Assembly (NCBI GenBank): GCA_963803485.1
Contig: CAWDMT010000008.1
Location: 99,060-163,059 of the forward strand
DNA: 64,000 nt
Direction of reading: 5' to 3'
Origin: an uncultured Alphaproteobacteria bacterium
GTDB taxonomy: Bacteria > Pseudomonadota > Alphaproteobacteria > Rhizobiales > Tepidamorphaceae
The translations under genes and the position numbers were made by a program. The notes beneath the pieces are model-generated. The model worked only from the letters and a program-made list of their open reading frames with translations. It was not told the origin of the DNA and did no database searches. This document shows positions 58,273 through 64,000 of the stretch, one piece after another (position 1 is the stretch's first letter; every line of letters starts with the position of its first letter).

Positions 58273-58563
58273 ATGACCGAGAGAAACGACAACTCCGACG
58301 AGCCGGTGATGACCCGCCGGGGCATGCTGATGAAGCTCGGCCTCGCGGCGACCGCCATCTACACGGCGCCGGTCCTGCTTCAGCTCAACGAGGCCAAGGC
58401 CTCGGGCGGGAGCTGGGGCAGCCGTGGAAGCGGACGTCGGCGGCGCTACAGCTACGCCAGCGGCGGACGTCGACGGACCCGCGCTCGCTACAGCTACGGC
58501 AGCGGGGGACGCAGGCAGGTGAGCCCGGAACGGGTCATCCGGGGCGTACTCGGAAACCTCTGA
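58273..58563 (+). CDS. Small exported/precursor-like protein B: 43-aa twin-arginine-type leader ending AKA, 53-aa Arg/Ser/Tyr/Gly core
   Basis: GGGAGA lies 6 nt upstream of ATG 58273. Leader TRRGMLMKLGLAATAIYTAPVLLQLNEAKA. The core has two RYSY(A/G)SGGRR motifs. By my count it has 14 Arg and 1 Glu. Confidence 0.7.
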   Translation: MTERNDNSDEPVMTRRGMLMKLGLAATAIYTAPVLLQLNEAKASGGSWGSRGSGRRRRYSYASGGRRRTRARYSYGSGGRRQVSPERVIRGVLGNL

Positions 58564-58640
58564 ACCTGACCAGCGCGCAGTGGGCGGGCGCCGTGCCGGG
58601 CACGGCGTCCGTTCCCTGGCCGACCACGACGAGGCGAGAT

Positions 58641-59885
58641 ATGCTTAAGCCCGAAGAGCCACTTCCCGCGATGGACCGGACCCTCATCTCGTTCGACGGA
58701 CTGTCCAGGCCGGTCGCCCTCGTCGGGTGCGACGAACTCCTGGAGATCTTCGACGCCGTCGTGAAGGGATGGCGACATGTCCCGGCGTCCGCCGATGCCG
58801 GCGAGCCGGTCATAACGATCACGGCCGACGGCCCGGAATATCTGATCGACGGCCCGGTGGACGATCCGTTCTACGAGGATACCGGCGTCAGTGCTGTCTG
58901 CAGCTTCATCGTCGACTTCGTGCACAGCTACATCCTCGACAACCCCGACCTCCTCTGCCTGCACTGCGGGGCGGCCGAGATCGCCGGGCGACTGGTCGTC
59001 TTCCCGAGCGCGACAAGGGCAGGGAAGAGCACGCTCATCTCGCGGCTCTCGGGCGCGGGCGTCCGGGTATTCACCGACGACCTGCTGCCTATAACGCCGG
59101 ACGACCGCGGCATGGGCCTCGGCATCGCGCCGCGCCTTAGGCTGCCGCTTCCGGAGATCGCGAGCGAGCCCTTCCGGCGCTTCGTCGTGGATCATGCCGG
59201 ACCCGACGATCCCGACTATCTCTATCTCGACCTGCCGACGGAGGTTCACGCCACGCACGGGGAGACCGCGCCTCTGGGCGCCGTGGTGCTGCTGCAGCGC
59301 GAGGCCGGCGCGAGGGCCGAGCTCCTGCCGGCGGCGACCGGGCAGAGCCTCAAGCATCTCATCGTCCAGAACCTGGCCCGCGACGGCGCCGCGACGGCGA
59401 TGATCGACCGGCTTCATGCGATCGTCTCGGCGCTGCCGTGCTTCACCTTGCGCTATTCCGACCTCGACGAGGCGGCGGAGCTTCTGAAGTCCCGGTTCGC
59501 CGACTGGGAGGCGTTGAGCGATGAAGAGGCGGGCGAGGCACCCCATCCCGCACCCCCGGCCATCGCCGACGAGCATCTCCCCGCGCGGATGGAGGGGCCG
59601 CGCTCGGTGGCGATAGACGGGGCAAGATACTCCCAAACAGCGGGCGTCCAACTGCGGGTGGTCGACGGACACCTGTTCCTCGCCGACGCCGAGGATCGCG
59701 CCGTATTCCACCTCAACACGACGGGCGCCGGCATCTGGAATCTGCTGGAGAACGCGGCCTCTCACGCGGAGGCGGTCGACGTGCTCGGCGTCGCGTTTCC
59801 GAACGTCGACCGGACGGCCATCGCCCACAACGTCGCGGAGGTCATGTCCGACCTCTACGACGCGGGCCTGATCCGGCGCGCCTGA
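58641..59885 (+). CDS. HPr-kinase-like P-loop protein fused to a C-terminal PqqD-like (RiPP recognition element) domain
   Basis: ATG 58641 with GAGGCGAG upstream (the track ORF starts at GTG 58593). LHCGAAEIAGRLVVFPSATRAGKSTLISRLSGAGVRVFTDDLL resembles the HprK C-terminal/HprK-related kinase P-loop block. VFHLNTTGAGIWNLLENAASHAEAVDVLGVAFPNVDRTAIAHNVAEVMSDLYDAGLI matches the PqqD-family pattern. Both calls are by eye. Confidence 0.65.
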   Translation: MLKPEEPLPAMDRTLISFDGLSRPVALVGCDELLEIFDAVVKGWRHVPASADAGEPVITITADGPEYLIDGPVDDPFYEDTGVSAVCSFIVDFVHSYILDNPDLLCLHCGAAEIAGRLVVFPSATRAGKSTLISRLSGAGVRVFTDDLLPITPDDRGMGLGIAPRLRLPLPEIASEPFRRFVVDHAGPDDPDYLYLDLPTEVHATHGETAPLGAVVLLQREAGARAELLPAATGQSLKHLIVQNLARDGAATAMIDRLHAIVSALPCFTLRYSDLDEAAELLKSRFADWEALSDEEAGEAPHPAPPAIADEHLPARMEGPRSVAIDGARYSQTAGVQLRVVDGHLFLADAEDRAVFHLNTTGAGIWNLLENAASHAEAVDVLGVAFPNVDRTAIAHNVAEVMSDLYDAGLIRRA

Positions 59886-59892
59886 GCCCCGG

Positions 59893-60651
59893 CTACTTGT
59901 TCGTGACGCTCTTGAGGAACTCGCCGAACTCGACGGGGAAGGGGAAAACAATGGTCGAGTTCTTCTCCCCGGCGATGAAGCCCAGCGTGGAGAGGTAGCG
60001 AAGCTGCATTGCTTCCGGCGCGCGGCCGAGGATTTCAGCGGCCTCGAGCAGCTTCTGGGCGGCCTGTTCCTCGCCCTCGGCGTTGATGATCTTGGCACGG
60101 CGCTCGCGCTCGGCCTCGGCCTGCCGGGCGATCGCACGGATCATCGACTGGTCGATGTCGATATGCTTGATCTCCACGTTGGCGACCTTGATGCCCCAGG
60201 CATCGGTATGGCTGTCGAGAATCTCCTGGATGTCGCTGTTCAGCTTGTCGCGCTCCGAAAGCATCTCGTCGAGCTCGTGCTTGCCCAGCACCGACCGCAG
60301 GGTGGTCTGCGACAGTTCGGAGGTCGCCTGCATGAAGTTCTCGACCTGGATCGTCGCCCGCTCGGGATCGACGATGCGGAAGTAGATCACGGCGGAGACA
60401 CGCACCGAGACGTTGTCCTGCGAGATCACGTCCTGGCTGGGCACGTCGAGCACCAGCGTCCTGAGGTCGGTGCGGACCATCTGCTGGATATACGGGATCA
60501 GCAGGATCAGGCCCGGACCCTTGACGCCGGTGAACCGGCCCAGCGTGAAGATCACGCCACGCTCGTATTCGCGCAGGATCTTGATCGCCGAGGACAGGAA
60601 CAGGACGACCAGGACGATCGCGAGAATGTAGAAGGCGAATTCGAAGGGCAT
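59893..60651 (-). CDS. SPFH/band-7 (stomatin-like) protein
   Basis: N-terminal TM, then [18 protein letters not shown]...[32 protein letters not shown]...[17 protein letters not shown]. Confidence 0.9.
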   Translation of the reverse strand: MPFEFAFYILAIVLVVLFLSSAIKILREYERGVIFTLGRFTGVKGPGLILLIPYIQQMVRTDLRTLVLDVPSQDVISQDNVSVRVSAVIYFRIVDPERATIQVENFMQATSELSQTTLRSVLGKHELDEMLSERDKLNSDIQEILDSHTDAWGIKVANVEIKHIDIDQSMIRAIARQAEAERERRAKIINAEGEEQAAQKLLEAAEILGRAPEAMQLRYLSTLGFIAGEKNSTIVFPFPVEFGEFLKSVTNK

Positions 60652-60665
60652 CGTGGCGTTCCTTA

Positions 60666-62078
60666 TCAGCTTCGTTCGTTGGTGTCGGGCGCGACATCGA
60701 GAGTCAGCCCGTTCATGCCCGTGACAGTGACGGGTTGCCCCTTCTTCAGAGGAGCCCCAGACGACGCCTGCCAGCGCTCGCCATGGACGAACACGTGGCC
60801 CGCGCCGCCCTTCCAGTCGGTGACGCGGCCGGTGGCGCCGATCATCTCCTCGCGGCCCGAGACGATGCGGCGACGGTGGGATGCTGCCGCCAGGTAGGCC
60901 ACCAGCAGGCTGAGCGCCAGGCTCGTGGCGCCAAGACCGGCGAGCATCGACCAGCCGACCTCCATCCCCGGAATTTCCGGATCGAACAGGATCGCGCCGC
61001 CGAGCACGAAGGCCACGGCGCCGCCGATCCCCATGATGCCGAAGGACGGTGCGAAGGCCTCTGCGACGAGCAGGGCCATCCCGAGCAGCATCAGTGCGGC
61101 GCCGGCGTAGCTGACCGGCAAGACCGCCAGTGAATATAGCCCGACCAGGAGGCAGATGGCGCCGATCGTGCCGGGAACGAGCGCGCCGGGGTTCATAAAC
61201 TCGAAGATCAGGCCGTAGATGCCGATCATCATGAAAATGAGCGCGACGTTGGGATTGGTGATGACGGCGAGCAGCTGCGTACGCCAGTCCGGCTCGCGCG
61301 ACTCGATCTCCAGGCCGGCGAGTTCGAGCCGCCGTTCGGAGCCGCCGACATCGACGGTGCGGCCTTCGGCCTGGGCAATCAGGTCGTCGAGATCCCGGGC
61401 GACGATGTCGACGACGCCGTCGGCCAGCGCCTCGGTCGCCGACAGGCTGGCCGCCTCGCGGACAGCGCGTTCGGCCCAGTCGGCGTTGCGTCCGCGCATC
61501 TCCGCCAGGCCGCGGATATAGGCGCCGGCATCGTTGACGGCCTTGGCCTCCATCGCATTACGCGGGCCGGCGCGTTCGCCGTCGCCGTTCTCGGCATCGT
61601 CGCCGTCGTTGCCACCGCCGAAAGGCAAGCCACCGCCGCCTACCTGGACGGGCGTCGCGGCGCCGAGATTGGTGCCGGGTGTCATCGCGGCGACGTGGCT
61701 CGCATAGAGGATGTATGTCCCGGCGCTGGCGGCACGGGCGCCGCCGGGGGTGACGTAGGTCGCCACCGGGACCGGCGACGCGAGGATGTCGCGGATCATG
61801 TCACGCATCGATGTGTCGAGGCCGCCGGGCGTATCCATGCGGACAACCACGAGGGCCGCGTTGTCATCGGCGGCCGCATCGAGCCCGCGCGCGAGATAGT
61901 CCGCCGTGGCCGGACCGATCGCGCCATCGATATCGAGGACGACGACGATGCCGCCGGAGGTCTGGCCACTCACCGATCCCGCCAGCCCGGCCGCTCCCAG
62001 GCACACCAGGGCGAGCGCGAGCAGCGCCCGCACCGAGTGTCCCAAATTGTCAGTCCACCGTCCGTCCCGCGAATCCAT
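60666..62078 (-). CDS. NfeD-family membrane-bound ClpP-class serine protease
   Basis: 470 aa. Signal/TM. ClpP-like N-domain ([18 protein letters not shown]...MDTPGGL...AASAGTYI). Multi-TM block. C-terminal NfeD OB fold ([12 protein letters not shown]...[16 protein letters not shown]). Directly upstream of the SPFH gene. Confidence 0.9.
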   Translation of the reverse strand: MDSRDGRWTDNLGHSVRALLALALVCLGAAGLAGSVSGQTSGGIVVVLDIDGAIGPATADYLARGLDAAADDNAALVVVRMDTPGGLDTSMRDMIRDILASPVPVATYVTPGGARAASAGTYILYASHVAAMTPGTNLGAATPVQVGGGGLPFGGGNDGDDAENGDGERAGPRNAMEAKAVNDAGAYIRGLAEMRGRNADWAERAVREAASLSATEALADGVVDIVARDLDDLIAQAEGRTVDVGGSERRLELAGLEIESREPDWRTQLLAVITNPNVALIFMMIGIYGLIFEFMNPGALVPGTIGAICLLVGLYSLAVLPVSYAGAALMLLGMALLVAEAFAPSFGIMGIGGAVAFVLGGAILFDPEIPGMEVGWSMLAGLGATSLALSLLVAYLAAASHRRRIVSGREEMIGATGRVTDWKGGAGHVFVHGERWQASSGAPLKKGQPVTVTGMNGLTLDVAPDTNERS

Positions 62079-62218
62079 GCCGGGATTGTAGTGCTCCTCG
62101 GCCGATTTCCCACTTTTTCGACCTTGCCCCTGTCCAAATGGAGCCGGTTGTCCCCGTTGACAACGGCACGACCTCCGGCTGTCATTACCGGGGCACCTCG
62201 GGGGCGAGGAGCGCGCTG

Positions 62219-63037
62219 ATGTGGAAGTTCTCGCTCGTGGTGGCGCGCTGCGCCGTCGTCTCCGCCGTCATCGTCCTGGCCGGTCCAGCGCTCGCGCAAC
62301 AGTGCGGCAACGACGGGTCGGGGTTCAGTTCCTGGCTGCAAGGGTTCAAGCAACGCGCCATCGCAGGCGGGATCCGCCCCCAGGCGGCCAACGCGCTCGA
62401 CGGGCTGACTTACAATTCCCGCGTGGTCCAGCTCGACCGCAACCAGCGCTCCATGCGGCTGTCCTTCGAGGAGTTCTACGCGCGGCGCGTCAACAACGCG
62501 CTGATCAGTCAGGGCAAGCAGCGGATGGCGCAATACGCGGCGCTGTTGTCCTCCATCCAGCAGCGATACGGCGTCCCGCCGGAGATCATCGTCGCGATCT
62601 GGGGGCTGGAGACGGGATACGGGCGCGACAGCGGCAACATGTCGGTGCTAAGCTCGCTGGCGACGCTGGCCTACGACTGCCGGCGCTCCGAGTTCTTTTC
62701 CAACGAATTGTTCAGCGCGCTGCAGATCGTCGACCGCGGGCACATGCGGCCCGACCAGATGATCGGCGCCTGGGCCGGTGAGATCGGCCAGACGCAGTTC
62801 CTCGCATCGTCATTCGTGAAATGGGGTGCCGACGGAGACGGAGACGGGCGGATAGACCTGGTGCGCAGTGTGCCCGATGTTCTCGTCTCGACCGCCAACT
62901 ACCTGCGCGCCCACGGCTGGCAGCCGGGCGCGGGCTACGGGCCCGGCACGCACAATTACGAGGTGCTGAGGCTCTGGAACCGGGCGAGCGTCTATGTGCA
63001 GACGATCTCGATCATGGCGGGCCGGCTCGCCGGCTGA
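62219..63037 (+). CDS. Lytic murein transglycosylase (MltB/Slt35-like)
   Basis: Signal peptide. YGVPPEIIVAIWGLETGYG, AGEIGQTQFLASSF, GDGDGRIDL, ANYLRAHGW. Confidence 0.85.
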   Translation: MWKFSLVVARCAVVSAVIVLAGPALAQQCGNDGSGFSSWLQGFKQRAIAGGIRPQAANALDGLTYNSRVVQLDRNQRSMRLSFEEFYARRVNNALISQGKQRMAQYAALLSSIQQRYGVPPEIIVAIWGLETGYGRDSGNMSVLSSLATLAYDCRRSEFFSNELFSALQIVDRGHMRPDQMIGAWAGEIGQTQFLASSFVKWGADGDGDGRIDLVRSVPDVLVSTANYLRAHGWQPGAGYGPGTHNYEVLRLWNRASVYVQTISIMAGRLAG

Positions 63038-63223
63038 GCCGCCTTCGAGTAGCGTCGGTTCCTCAGGGGCAGTCGTTATCGTCCATGAATTCCAGGGTGC
63101 CGGTGAACGAGGCTTTTGCTTCGTCGCGTGAATCCACGTCGGGACATGTCGACGTGTCCGAGGCCAGGGGTGGAACACCAGCGTCTCTGCGTATTCGCTA
63201 CTCTGCCGGCGGGCCGACCCTGC

Positions 63224-63562
63224 TCAGCGGCGGCGCCGATCGTCCGACGCGGAATGTCCGGCGACGAAGCCGAGGAGAAACCCCAGAACTCCGACGGCGG
63301 TGAGGAGGGTGGCTGCGGTGCCGGGATTCTCCCTTGCCGCCTCCGTTACGGCATGCGCCTGTTCCTGAACGTGCCGGGCAGCCGCGCGGGCGCGTCCGGA
63401 GGCATCGTCGTAAGCGCCCTCTGCGCGGTCCCGCGCCTCTTCGAACGCCGCCGATCCTCGCTTCGACAAGGCGCGGCTGATGGCCGCGACTTCCTTACGA
63501 AGCTCGGCCATCTGCTTCTCGACGGCGTCCTGGATTTCCGATGCGGTGGGGGTGTCGGCCAT
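63224..63562 (-). CDS. DUF883/ElaB-like membrane-anchored protein
   Basis: GAGGAGG lies 7 nt upstream of ATG 63562. Helical N-terminal region and a C-terminal TM (TLLTAVGVLGFLLGFVAG). Confidence 0.6.
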   Translation of the reverse strand: MADTPTASEIQDAVEKQMAELRKEVAAISRALSKRGSAAFEEARDRAEGAYDDASGRARAAARHVQEQAHAVTEAARENPGTAATLLTAVGVLGFLLGFVAGHSASDDRRRR

Positions 63563-63637
63563 TGTCGCGCCTCCTCGACTGACTAGAGGCATAAAGAACG
63601 TGGGGCCGGGATGTTCGGTTCCAGCGGGACGGCGCGT

Positions 63638-64000
63638 TCAGTGGGCCAGGATGGAGTTCCCGGAACCGGAGTGGCCGGGCGACGCGGGCGATGTCCGCGG
63701 CATTCACGCCGGTTCCCTGTACGCTCACCGTGCCGAAGTCGAGTAAACGCCCGAGCACCGACTGGGTCAGGTTCACGCTCTCGATCTTGTTGAAGTGGAT
63801 TTCCTTTACGTCGCGGCTGACGAGGCCGCGCTTGTAGATCACGCGCTGATCGGTGACGGCGATCTCTGTCGTCTTCCGCTCGATGAAGGCGCGGATGAAG
63901 CTGACGACGAACATCAGGAGGAGAAGCTTCGAGACCATGTCCACTGTCTCGGCGTGCTCTTGGCCGAGGGGAACCGCAAAGGCGGCGATCGCCATGGCGA
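63638..64000 (-). pseudogene. Bacterial PH-domain (bPH_2/YdbS-like) membrane protein; probably continues beyond the window; 1-nt frame change near 63660
   Basis: TM VSKLLLLMFVVSFIRAFI, then TEIAVTDQRVIYKRGLVSRDVKEIHFNKIESVNLTQSVLGRLLDFGTVSVQGTG. Removing one base at CCC 63659-61 gives the end FRNSILAH*. Confidence 0.55.

Noticed and set aside
57776-58358. Several overlapping ORFs on both strands across the RGG repeat (57776-58126 -, 57853-58236 -, 57924-58358 -, 57941-58171 +)
   Set aside because: The repetitive GGC/CGG DNA is open in all frames. Only the 57805 frame has an RBS, a signal-like leader and a paralogue that supports translation.
63038-63223. Short minus-strand ORF (MSRRGFTRRSKSLVHRHPGIHGR*) and a small GGACA...TGTCC palindrome in the mltB/DUF883 gap
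   Set aside because: The ORF is too short, has no RBS, and its composition is not protein-like. The palindrome has only a 5-bp stem.

Overview
Very GC-rich chromosomal core region that looks alphaproteobacterial (Hyphomicrobiales-like), judged from gene content and synteny: aroQ-accB-accC-aat, NDUFA12-DUF2155, clpS-clpA, hom-glpX-recJ, phasin/phaC. I recognise about 55 protein genes. I found no rRNA, tRNA, CRISPR array, transposase, integrase or prophage genes. Content includes leucine catabolism (mccB/mccA with sdaA between them), RNase E, cell-wall enzymes (AmiC-like amidase, PBP1A, M23 peptidase, DD-carboxypeptidase with SPOR domain, AnmK, an MltB-like transglycosylase), prfB with its programmed +1 frameshift, tyrS, class II ribonucleotide reductase, fatty-acid initiation (accBC), PHB genes (phasin, phaC), ClpS/ClpA, AzlCD and an NfeD/SPFH pair. 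Two points stand out. (1) About 20 genes, many of them essential, are interrupted by single-base frame changes. These cluster in patches separated by long error-free stretches, which looks like indel error in the assembly rather than real gene decay. I typed these genes as pseudogene because that is what the sequence literally shows. (2) The best candidate for an undescribed system is at 57.8-59.9 kb. Two tandem small ORFs share a nearly identical Tat/Sec-like leader that ends in AxA, but carry very different Gly/Ser/Arg-rich cationic cores. They are followed on the same strand by a protein that fuses an HPr-kinase-like P-loop domain to a C-terminal PqqD-like (RiPP recognition element) domain. 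Smaller observations: a candidate anti-SD-loop sRNA, a REP-like palindromic repeat family, a (Q/D)QFPP tandem repeat, a GGDEF relic, PhaR-like boxes, and a Lys/Pro-rich ClpA tail.
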